Assembly (NCBI GenBank): GCA_002189035.1
Contig: NEEC01000008.1
Coordinates: 186,001-250,000 of the forward strand
Direction of reading: 5' to 3'
Origin: Utricularia gibba
Lineage: Eukaryota > Plantae > Magnoliophyta
DNA length: 64,000 nt
This document shows positions 37,677 to 49,600 of this stretch, piece by piece. The position numbers were made by a program, and so were the translations under genes. The notes beneath the pieces were generated by a model. The model made no database searches. It saw nothing but the letters and a program-made list of their open reading frames with translations, and was not told the origin of the DNA. Every line of letters starts with the position of its first letter. The first letter of the stretch is position 1.

Positions 37677-38584
37677 TGGTGAGGAAGAGTAAGAGTGCCC
37701 AACCCCGCCCCCGCCCCCGCTACTGACATCAAATCAAGTATTTCAAACCCCAAACTGCAACACATAACACACCGTCGCCGCGGTGAAGCTATGACATACT
37801 TTTATCCACCGATACGCCCGGCACTCCACTTACGCTTTTACTGCTCTACACTTACGTGTTCATGCCTTGCAACAACGCCAACCCAGACACAACTTGAATG
37901 GCCACCTCACATTACTACTGCTCGCCTGTTTGAATGTCTAAAGGGCCGCCCCTCCCCCAGAAGCAGCAGTCTAAAAAACTATTCCAACTCTATCCTCAGT
38001 ATTTTATTTCCAATTTTGTACAAAAAAAGGTGTGTCTTGAGATTGTGCAAGCAATGGTGGGGATGGGGATAAAATGGAGGGAGGATTCCCATCACCGATA
38101 AAGGCCCGCGCCATGGCGCCGATAAACACACCAAGGAAGCTTGGTCGAGGTCGACCCAGGGACCATAAATGACATCAACTACCCTCCAGAGGAAACCCGC
38201 ATCGGGAATGCAGTAAAATTGAACCAATAACAGAATTCGTCCCTTCACCAGTCCCCCACCCCCACCCCCTCACCATCACTCTCCCCTTCCCATCTTCCTA
38301 CACACTCCTGTGGGTTACGCGCCAAATGACGTGCCGTTTACCAAGGCATACGTGCGTGCATGCCTACATCCTTTCCTTCCCACTCGGATGGCGAATCCAA
38401 AGCATGGAGCTGATAGGGGATCAAGTCGCAGATCGCTTCAAGGTTTTCAGTGCATGGAAGGAAGATTCGCTCCCCACCTTTTCAGAGACATAAACACACG
38501 CGTGCATTTAATATTTGTAATGGAACCCGTGGGATAATCATTCTCGTCTTCCTAATAAATGATACCCATAGAGATGTGACTAAA

Positions 38585-38614
<30 letters not shown>
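38585..38614. repeat. (AAT)10 microsatellite
   Basis: Direct read. Confidence 0.9.
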
Positions 38615-38618
<4 letters not shown>

Positions 38619-40449
38619 CCAGGAGAAGAGGCCCCCCGGGCATAGTTTTTAATGTGCCAACAACAAAGCTAGCTAGGGACTAGGAGTGTTTCAACGCAAC
38701 CTTCATCTGCCTCGTTGTTTTTACACGTTTATTTACAGGTTCCAGACAGTAATAATTCCATTGTCCAAAATGGCTTCTCCACCCCAAGAATCACAACAGA
38801 TGACCCATGACTGCAATCCCTTGGATATTATATACGTGTACCACGTTTGATACGAACAGGGAACCCCCACTGAGTTACTGCTCCAAGCTTCCAACTTTCC
38901 AAACACTAATAAAAAACACAAGGACGCCCCTAAACCCTAATTTTATATTTCTCCGGCCAGCCAGCCACCCATTTCATTAGTCACAGACAGGCAATGAAGA
39001 CAAATATTCTTCTGTTCGCAAAAAAAAAAAAAAAAAAGAAAAATAGCAGCCATCCCTCCCTCCCTCGAGTGGGTGCAGTTGAGCATGTGGGAGAGGGAGA
39101 CGCGATGCCATTCGGACAAGCGGAGATGGAATCTCGAGGCCATAAATGCAGGGTGACGCATGCTCGCAGATGGATGACGGAAGGATGACGCTCCGGCCCG
39201 GGAATTTAATTATCAACAAGGTTTCGGGGCCCACAACCTCGTCGCGGGGCCCGGCAGGGCTTTCATTTCAGTTGCAGGAAATCAGGTTTTTTAGGTACGC
39301 GGATTATTGCTCCTTCACATTCAACATCCATATCGTACCCTTTCCTTTAAATATTGCCTTTTTGTGACCCAGCTCATCCTGGTACCCGCACTGCATCTAT
39401 TATATTATATTATATTATAAACCACAATTCCTCAAAAAAATCTCCACCATAAGCCAGTGAGTGAGTGAGTGTGTGTGTGTCTTGTCCGAATGTTGTTGAA
39501 TCTGGAGATCATCATCTCCCACGTGCCCAAGCCGCCCCCTAGCTGGGGTTTTATTCTATAAACTGTTTGCATTTTGAGGTGGCTGCCTGTCTGTCTTCAC
39601 TTGTTGATTGCTGCTTCACTTTGACCCAATGCCAAACACACGCGCACTCCCTCTCGTTCTCCTTCACTAGGCATGGATGGCGTCACAAGGGCGCTGATAA
39701 TAATAATGATAACTGTGAGTCGTCGATAAGGCTTTACTTGGTTAACGACTCAGCAAGTACCCCTCTAGGAAAAGGAAATGACACCTAGGACTACTAGGCT
39801 CGTTGGCATGCCCATCTGCGGCTGCACCGGCTGCATGGTGAATTTGAGTTTCATGTGTGATGTGATCTCCGAGGTAACAAGGGGGGTTTGGATAATGGAA
39901 GATAGATGGATACGCTGCTTTTAATGGCATGGAGATTGTGCAAATTTGGGTTGTATTTATGTACACAGTAGCTGAAATCTGTATTCCGTCTGTTGGAAAT
40001 CAATGACAAGGGAAAGAAAGGACAGGTAGTAGGTAATGTATTTTGGACCTGGCTCAGACAGACAGAGTCTTATCATAAAAACCATTAAAGCCGAGGATCC
40101 TCCTTCCACCTTCCCTTCTGCAAACCCATTCAAGGCAAGAGGAGCTGCTCAGACTCAACATTTAATCCAACACTCTTCCTTTTTGATAACTCTTATGCAT
40201 CAGCTCTGCGCGAATCAATTAATTTTCTGAGGAGCTGCTGAACCAGCAGAAGAATTGAAACTTGATTCAAATTTCATCTTTTTCACTATTCATTCCGGTT
40301 CAGCAGCAGCAACAACTGACTTCGCTTCGACTGTTATCGCCCGTTGTAAGTACTCTGAACGCCAGAATAAACAACCCATAGTTTGTACTGATGCATGCAG
40401 CATCGTGCCCTTTCCTTTCACATCTCATTTGAAAACGTGCATGCATATA

Positions 40450-40473
40450 GCCAGCCAGCCAGCCAGCCAGCCA
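40450..40473. repeat. (GCCA)6 microsatellite
   Basis: Direct read. Confidence 0.9.
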
Positions 40474-43400
40474 GTTCACTAGTTTCCGCCCCAAGAGAAG
40501 AACTCCCGGACGGACAGAGAGATGTGATAACAAAAGCTGTTAGAGACGTGTTCCGCAGGCAGGCAGTTAAGTACCGTTGAGTGTTTCCCTAAATATGGAC
40601 CAATGGGGGCACATTTGTTAGGAGGAGGGTTTTGGGCGAAAAGGGTATCACCTCACCTGCAGAGTAGAAGGGATGCATAAGCAAATGATGGAAATTGAAT
40701 GCAAGAGTGTGTGTGAGAATGTGGATACGTGTACGTGGGTTGTCTGCTTAGTCGAAAAAGACCAAACCGGGAGTGGAGTCGGTGGACCACAAGCTGCTGC
40801 GCCCCGGTTACCCGCCCCCGTGGTCCGAACACAGAGATACGTATCTCCTCCTTGACTACCCAACAACAGCGCATTGACTACCAAGTAATAATTTTGTCGT
40901 GGCTTCTTTCAGCTAATCAAGAAATATGCATTTGGTTGCTGCAGCTCAGCTCAGCTCAGTAATGCCACCAGAAGTTAAGGCATGGCCCTCCCTCCCTAGC
41001 CCGCTTCCCATCAATGCCCATTATTCACACACAACATAACATCGACTCAGTAAACAAACAGTGACGCTCCATTTCCTTGAAAAGGGTGAGCATCAATCAA
41101 ACACACACAAGCTGGCTGCTTTTCTGAGTCTTCACCGGATCTGTTGTCAATTTTTTTTGTTGAATCGGAGACAGAGCAGCGATAATGGGCTTCCTCTCCT
41201 TGAAGTCCAGCGTCTTCTCTGGCTGTTTGGGTTATTGGATCATCATGCAGGCCCCTCACTCTGTTCTGTTAATTGAGGCTGACCCATTCTACGCAATTCT
41301 CCAATTTAGGCAGGCCCAAAACACTCTTCTTTCTTTATTTAGCCATTCAAGCTTCAAGCCCTAATCCCACCCTGTTCATGGCGCTCCCATACAGGTTATA
41401 CCCCCACAGAGAGACCTCCCTCAATTCTTTGCTTCCTAAGTAGAGTTATATGGTCAATCTAGTGTTTGATTTTTTTTCTACTTTATGTTTCTCCAATTTT
41501 TCGAGCATGGTCATTTTGGGTTTGCCCGCATATTTCGTGAATGTGAATTTATGGATTTCCACCGAGAGAATTCTTTCGAATTAGCTGCATTTTCCTGCGT
41601 TGTGAACTTTGACTCGAGGGCTCAATGTAAAATGGTGGAGCTTGAATGTGTAATGCTCTGAATTTGCTACAGGTTCTCTGTGGCATGCCAATCACATTAG
41701 AGCCCATATATTAATTCTTCGGCATCATAGTACAGGCATGGGTTTCAGGGGTATCCCTGTTGGGCTCTTCTTCTTCTTCTTCTTGCCTGCCTCCAATTGC
41801 CACTACATTTGCTTATCCTTCCACTATTACAAAATCTCGTCTGCCAATGTGTTTGATGACATGCCTCCCTTCAAGTTTAGGTCTTGGTGCATCTGCATAT
41901 CCGCCATCTTTACCTGTGTTTCCTCACCTAAATTTGAAGTGCATGACTAGTCTCTCGACTCGGAGTACCATCGTGCAACAGAAGCGCCAGGGAGAAAAAG
42001 ACTGTAATACTTCCCCGTCGAATCATCAAAAAACCGATGCATCGTTTACAAAAAGTAATTTTTACTACGAAGGGTAAAAGGCCATTCATTCCTTTCGAGT
42101 ATAAGACATGAGTCGGATTTGCCTTCTTTTGTAAGCAATGATGTAGAAGACGTCGAATCAAATCGTCCTTTATTATAAAAAAAATTTCAACTTTTATTAA
42201 GATGATGTTATAATAATATTAATTAAATAATGTTTATAAACATTTAAATATCTAAAAATTTTCTATAATTTTTCATATTAGTATTTTTTTTACAAAATTT
42301 GTTAAATTATTTTATAAAATATTAATTCGAATAAATTTTTTATTAAATATATAAATAATTATAATTTTTTTTAAAAAAATAAAAATAATAAATTATTTTA
42401 TATTTAATGTTTACTTCATCTATATCACCTTAAAATTTATAAATAATTGAACTGCTTTTATGTACAATTTGTTAAAAATTCTCTAATTTTACTCGTTGTA
42501 TAATTCTATCTTATGGATATACATTGTATTGAAGATCATGAGTGTACTTTAATATTTATACATATAGGTTGGAATGTAGAGAGTTCAACCATTTCTTCTT
42601 CAAACTTCTATATATTTAAAGGCCAACTCATCCAAATTTCGTATTCCGCATGTGTCGGATATTTTCTATGCCTGTTAGCCGTGTTGTGGTCTCGCTAACA
42701 GATAATCACCGACTGTGTTGTCATTCCAGTAATTCGGCTACTTTTTAGACTATTAAGACGGCTGCCGCAGCTCAGATCTAACACTTATCAATCTGTCGAT
42801 ATGCATTGATTTTTCAGAACACCTTTTGAAACTTTTCTGCAACCGATTTGCCTCAACCGATTTGGCCCTCCATCAATGTCATAGATCGATTATCTTCTTT
42901 TGTTACTCATAAAAATAACGTTGACATCTACTATATATAACCTGCATATTAGTATATTTTCTAAAATATACATAATAGATAATGTATATATTTTTTAAAA
43001 TTTATGCTAATGCTATTAAAGGAAGATATTTTGCTCATGTTAATACTTCATTTAATCCTTCAACATAATTTGATGTCAATGTACCGCATCTGAAGATGAA
43101 TTAAAAATTATATTAATATATTATATGAATTTAATTAATATATACATATGATAAGAAATTAAATAGATGCTGAACACCTCCATCATAATCAAATGTCCAT
43201 GTTTATCGAGATAATTTGTTCAAGTAATCTCAAGTTTTATAATTCATTGTTTGAATTCCAATCATGTACTTTTCAAATTTTTCAAAAAATGCAATATATA
43301 ACGTTTGATTGAATGTTTTCCTAAGTCTTTTAGTATGATAATGAGTGACAAAATTAGATCATAGATGTCAAATACAATATTGATAACATCACCATATTTT

Positions 43401-45199
43401 GATTTAAAAAGCCACATGTAAAATGATGTCCTTTGAATTGAACTACATCTATCTTAAATAAGATATGTCTCTCAACCGACAACAACATAATGACCAAGCA
43501 ACCGAATAATACATAATCAAGATTCGTCATTTTTGTTACAACCACTATAAATACAAGAGGTAGAGAAGGCTATAAGCATCTACAGTTACGATAATCAATA
43601 ACTTATGATTGAATTTTAAGTAAAGATATGTTCTTTCTAATGATTACAAGTCGAGTCCATCAAAAACATAAATACATTATCCAAAAGCCTAGAATACATA
43701 CTCAAGTGTTTTAATGTCAAAAACATTAGTTTGTTTGTGATTATGAAAAATAGTGGTTCCAAGATTTTGGGTCTAAACTTATTGTAAGAAGGCAAATAAC
43801 GTTTACACTTATAACTCTCATGTAAAATTAGGCACAATTCAAATCCGCATAGATATGGGTTTGACCTACCAAGTTGGTCAATGTAACGACTCGAGAAGGG
43901 GGACTGGCAGTCATGGTCATTACCCCACTCAAGAACGTGACCAGCCTTCTGGGGGGCTTTGGTTTGATCTGTTTAATCTGCATATACACAAGATTATTGA
44001 GGAATATTTTATTTCTAAATTCAAGAAAAATGTTCAACATAATCCATGAAAAACCACACCAAACAAAAGAAAACACGAGCCAAAGCAGCACCTTACTATT
44101 CCCAACCTCCTTCGTCCTCCAGGTTTACTTTGCTAGTCCTTCCGCCTCTCCGCCAATCTCTGCACGTTCAGAACCTTCACCTCCACATAAGTTCGTAAGG
44201 GGTTAACATATGCGTAGGGTAGACCACACTACCAACCATAAACATATCAACATAAACATGTCACGTGTCATCATAAGCATAAAATCATCACATATCGTCG
44301 TAAAAACTTAAACACGCATATCATAAGGACCCGTTGGTCACAAAGGACATGCATCCTGTGATGGCACATCACGTTAGTGTCGTGAGGAATCCCGACCATG
44401 GTGATCCGTCCCAATGCTGCTCCCGTTGAAGCTCATGGCGAGATCTACCCCCAAACTCATGTTGGGTTGCCATCGAAGATACCTCGATTAAGGGTTTGAT
44501 CCCGTCCCTTCGGGCTCATCATCTTACGGCCATTCGGCTCTTATTCATACGTTCTTGCTCATGCTTCCCCTTACCTTTGTGTGGCACCTTGCCCTTCTAC
44601 CAAAACATGACATTCTCCTTCCGTATTGCGGTATGGTAACGCTCTTTCTCTAAGTTTCTAATCCCTCAACCCGCCAGCACGCCTTCCTCTTGTATACCAT
44701 TCTTGATTGTTGAGCTTTTAAGCCCTTTCCTCTTCTAATTCTTTATCTTATGGGCCAAGTATGTCAAAAGTCGGCCCTTTTACCTTTCTTAGGCCCTTGG
44801 GCCCTTCTCCACCATCACATTGTGTCAATCCTTACCAACCATGTCTCATCCAACACTTGAGCTCGCGACCACAACCGCCTAACATCTAGCGCATCACTCA
44901 CCATCCCTTAGGCATGCATGCTAGCTCAATCGCATAGAGTCCCATTTGCTCAAGCAGGTCTCCCCTGCTAGCACTCTTGAGGTTCACTCGTGAGCTCGGT
45001 ATACCTCTGTCAAGAGTCGCACGTCGTGTTGGGATATGACCGATTCCTTGTGGTGGAGAGCCAAGCAAAGAGGTTCCTCGTAGCCCCTCCATGCTTGTCC
45101 CCTTAGCCTCTCTGCATGCTATATCATCATCGAAACTCTACATAATCCTACTTGAGTTATGACATTTTCTCCCCACCCCCCCCCCTCCTTAAGAATGTT

Positions 45200-46617
45200 T
45201 GATAAACGGAAATTTCCTAATATCGTTGCAATAAAAATAGAAAATCCGTATCAAATAAATTTATAATCCCTAATCTACACAAAATACAAATTTGGAAAAC
45301 TTGTATAGTGGATATCGGGGTCGATCACGAAGAGCTTGTGCTTGCTAAGTGTTTTAGTAAATGCATAATTTCGGATAACAGTGGGTCTTAGTCTAAGCTC
45401 GGACTAACAGTGGTAAACAAGTTCAGTAAACAACGTAGGTAAGCAATATCAGGTTTCTACGCTAAGGTAACAAGTACTGGTTTTGACTCAGACTAATACG
45501 AGGACGCCTTAAGGATCTGCGGGTGGTGCCATACTAAGGTTCCTAACTTAATTTGCTATCTTCCTACACTCACAACTTCGAATAACCTAGGTCTACCCAG
45601 GTCATTCATCATATTTTTGGCTTAAGCTAGTCCCCAATATCATAACCAACATTGCAATTAGGTCTACCCGCATGCAAGGTATATAAAACTAGGTCTACCC
45701 GGTTCTACTGGTTCTACCCTGGACTAACACCGACTGCTCCCGTCTTGGTTTGTTGGTCTACCTCTAAACCAAGCTTCTAAGTTGTGAAACTACTTGTTTC
45801 CCTCCTTAGGTTTACCCATGGCTTGTTAGAAACAAGAGTTAAGGAATACACATAAATTTCATCATTAAACCTAAGCACACACCCACCACTTCACCTTAAG
45901 GCATCCCTAAGACTCTAGCTACTCATGCTTTGGAAACAAAACACGATTTCATTCACATAAGCTGGCAAAATGGCAGAAACATTGTAACAAGTCAAATGCA
46001 GAAACTTGAAATGTTCAGAAAAACAGAAAGCAAATAGATAATGTTTTTCCGCCCACTATCTACTGTTCACAGCCCTGAACAGTAGTGCTGGACTGAGCTC
46101 CTGTGCTGTTCTCGATGATGAAGGTCTCCCTTCCCCCTTCTGGTTGGTGTTTCTCCCGTTGGGGAAGAAGACCCCCTTTCGCATCCCCCTCTTTGTTCTA
46201 TGTTCTTTGCGCTCTCCCCTTTTTTCCGAATTAATTTCCTTTTCTTTTGCTTCACTCCATTGCACTGTTTCTGACTGCTAGTACTGTTCCTGACCGCCAG
46301 TGCTGCTCCTGGCCTGAACTTGCAGACTGCGGTGGCAGCAGAACAATGCTCTTTGTCCTTCTCCAGATTTTGCACCCTTTTTCGCTTGTTTTACACGCTT
46401 GCAAGTTTGATTTTCGGCCCATCTCCCTGCTGAACTTACTGAAACATCAGTAACAAGAGTTGTGGACTAAATCAAAGGATTTAGTCCACTTTTCACATAA
46501 TCACATGAGATTAACATGAACACCACTAAAACATGAAAAACCACATTTATCTAACCTAAACCATAATAAAATATAACTATTTTGCATTATAAATTTCAGG
46601 AAAAATGTGTGTCATCA
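45200..46617 (-). mobile_element. Solo LTR (1418 bp), Athila-related family, inserted between pol and PPT of element A
   Basis: Termini TGATGAC...TTTATCA on the minus strand; perfect 5-bp TSD ATGTT at 45195-45199 and 46618-46622. Confidence 0.9.
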
Positions 46618-49600
46618 ATGTTTCATCCCGAAACCTTACTTACAAACAATTGAGGGTGCTGCATTCTCATATAGACTTCTATCTCCCACATTGCATCTTT
46701 GTGGGCGAACCTTCAGCCACACAATCGACCTTCCTCTCAAAGTAGTCACCTTGCATCCCAAAATTCGTAGTGGGTGTACCCTATTGGTGAGGTTATACGC
46801 AATCCCGAACTCATTCCCACGTATCTCATGCTTGGCATATGGTATCTATTTGTTAAGCTGTGACACATGAAAGACGTTCCAACCCTGGTGGTAAGACCAA
46901 CCAATACGCCAATTTCCCAATACGTTCCATGACTTCATATGGTCCAATGAACCGTGGTCCTATTTTCCCAAACTTGGCACTCCATGTAAGCCCTTGCTGG
47001 GGTGATAGCCGTAAATAAACCTTGTCTCCAACCACAAAGTAGAGTGGCCTCCTCTTGACATCTTCCCAACTCTGATTACTCATACCTTCTATTCTTAGTC
47101 TTGGACCAAGTCAGGTCCCAAGAATGCTCGTTCTCCCACTTCATCCCAATGCAAAGGAGTCCTACGTTTTTTCCATATAGAACTTTGTATAGAGACATCC
47201 TCAAGCTAGACTCGTACCCAGATAGATGTGCTCATCCCAATCCCCTGGAAACTCCAAGACGCAAGTCCGCAATCGGTTCTCCACTATCTGAATTGTCCTC
47301 TTTAATTGCCCATTCGTTTGGGGGTGCATCGCGGTACTCATGTCGAGCTTGCTGCCTAGCGCCTGCTATACGGCTTGCCAGAACCTAGAGGTGAACCTAA
47401 TATCACGATCAAAAACAATGCTCATAGGTACTCCATGTAATCGTACGACCTCCACCTTTTATTCTCGGGCAAGGCAGTAGATACTCCATTAGAATGGATT
47501 GGTAGGAAATGAGCGCTCTTCATGAGGCAGCCTTGTCACGAAATCCATAGTAACCTTCTCCCACTTCTACTCAGGAATGCTTAGAGATTGTAGCAGCCAG
47601 CCTGGTCTCAGGTCTTCTGCCTTGGTGCGTTGGCAAACCTGATACTTTCCCTCAAAATATGCTTCTGCAACATCCCTAGATCAGGTACCCATACCCTTCC
47701 ATGCGTTATGATTACTTGCCCTTCGTGTGCCATGGCTTGTATCTAGCGCCCACTATTCTCACCTTGGGCCATCTTGATCTCAGTTAGTAGGTTAAGTATC
47801 ACATGAATGATCATGGCCAGCGTCTTCTCTGGTACAACCTCTAATCCCATTCGTTCCATCTATGAGCAAAGTTCTTGAACTGGTAAACTTTGGCTTAGGC
47901 TATTTGCCACAACGTTTGCCTTCTTGGGTTGATAATTCATTGTCAAGTCATAGTACTTAATCAGCTCGAGCCACCTACGCTGCTGGAGGTTGAGTTCCCA
48001 TTGAGTAAAGATGTACTTTAGGTTGTGGTGATCTGTATAGAGCTCGTATTGCACACCATAAAAATAATGCTGCCACGTTTTCAAAGCAAAGATCACTGCA
48101 GCCAACTCCAAGTCATAAATTGGATGAACCTATCATTTTGCACCAATACCGCCCCAAGGCCCTTACCATTAATATCCATATAAACCACATATTCTTTCCC
48201 TTACTATGGTAGCATTAGAACAAAGGCTATGGTGAGTTCCTTCTTCAACCCGGTGAAACTCTCCTAGAATTGCTTCGCCCATGCGAACGTCTTCCCTTTC
48301 CTTAATAGCTCCGTTAGTGGCTGGGCTTTCTGAGAGGACTTGATAAACCGTTTTTAATAGCCAACAAGACCCAAGATACTTCGTACATCCCCTACATTTT
48401 TAGGCGTCGGCCACTCCACCACTTCCTCCACCTTCGAGTCTTCTACCCCTTGCCACTGACCACATGTTCAAGGAAGCTAATACTCGATAAGTAAAACTCA
48501 CATTTGCTCGCATTAGCATATAGTTTCTTCTCACGAAGCCGCTCCAGCACAACATGTAGGTGTTTTTCATGGGTGTCTTCATTAGGGAGTACATTAGTAT
48601 GTCATCTATGTAGAAAACCACGAAGCTATCGAGATAAGGTTGGAAGATATTGTTCATTAAGTCCATGAAAGCTATAGGAGCATTGGTGAGACCAAAAAGT
48701 AGCACCACAAACTTAGTGTCCATATCTAGTCCCGAACGCTCCTTAGAAATGTCACCCTCTCGTATCTTCAATTGATGGTAGCCAGACCGTAAGTCAATCT
48801 TGGAGATTACTATTGCCCCCTTCAACTAATCAAATATATCATCTATCCTCAACGGCGGGTACTTGTTCTTGACCATCATGTTGTTGATCTCCCGATAGTC
48901 CACACATAATCTCAGCGTTCCCTCCTTCTTTTTGACAAATAACACAAGGGTGCCCCATGGGGATATGATGGGGCATATAAATCCCTTAACCTGAAGATCC
49001 TCTAGTTCCTCCAGTTGCGCCTTAAGTTCCTTCAAATTTGCAGGGGCCATTTGGTAGGGTTCCCACGAGATTGGTGTAGCTCCTTGTATGAGTTCTATCT
49101 CGAACTCGATCTCTCTATCTTGCATATGACCAGGCAACACCTTCGGAAAGACGTCATTGTAATCCTGGATGAGGGCTCAAGCCATCTTTGCTAGTGCACC
49201 GTTAGTGTTTGGTTGGAAAACATAGACCAACAAATAACATCCTGTCTCACTCATCTGCCTTGTTATCTCACGAGACCTTATGTCTAGGTGGTACTCTCAT
49301 TTTCCAACCTTGTTGTCTTCCAGTTCTACCACACTTTCTGCACAACCAATCCGTGCCTTCGTAACCAATCCAATCTAAGAATGACATCCATCTCCTTAAT
49401 CTCCAGCCCTATCAACATCGTTGTAGCCTCCATGTCGCCCAGCTGAATGGTGACTCCTTGATACCATTTCTTACCCCACAATACCCCACCGCTGGGGGTC
49501 CTAGCTTTGAATTCTGCCCACAATGCCTCCCCGATCTAACCCAACCATTATGCACATCATTCTGGCACAAAGGAATGTGTAGCCCCACAATCAAACAAAG

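Noticed and set aside
38100-38170. AT-hook-like peptide PRKLGRGRPRDHK
   Set aside because: Short isolated motif followed by a stop, with no PPC domain or other AHL context.
39143-39152. L1 box TAAATGCA upstream of the epidermal-type MYB
   Set aside because: A single 8-mer in about 5 kb is within chance expectation; conservation data would be needed.
43000-43880. Possible RPA/OB-fold (Helitron-captured) remnants on the minus strand here and at 58500-59050
   Set aside because: Only 4-6 residue resemblances through many stops, motif order inconsistent, and no Helitron termini identified.
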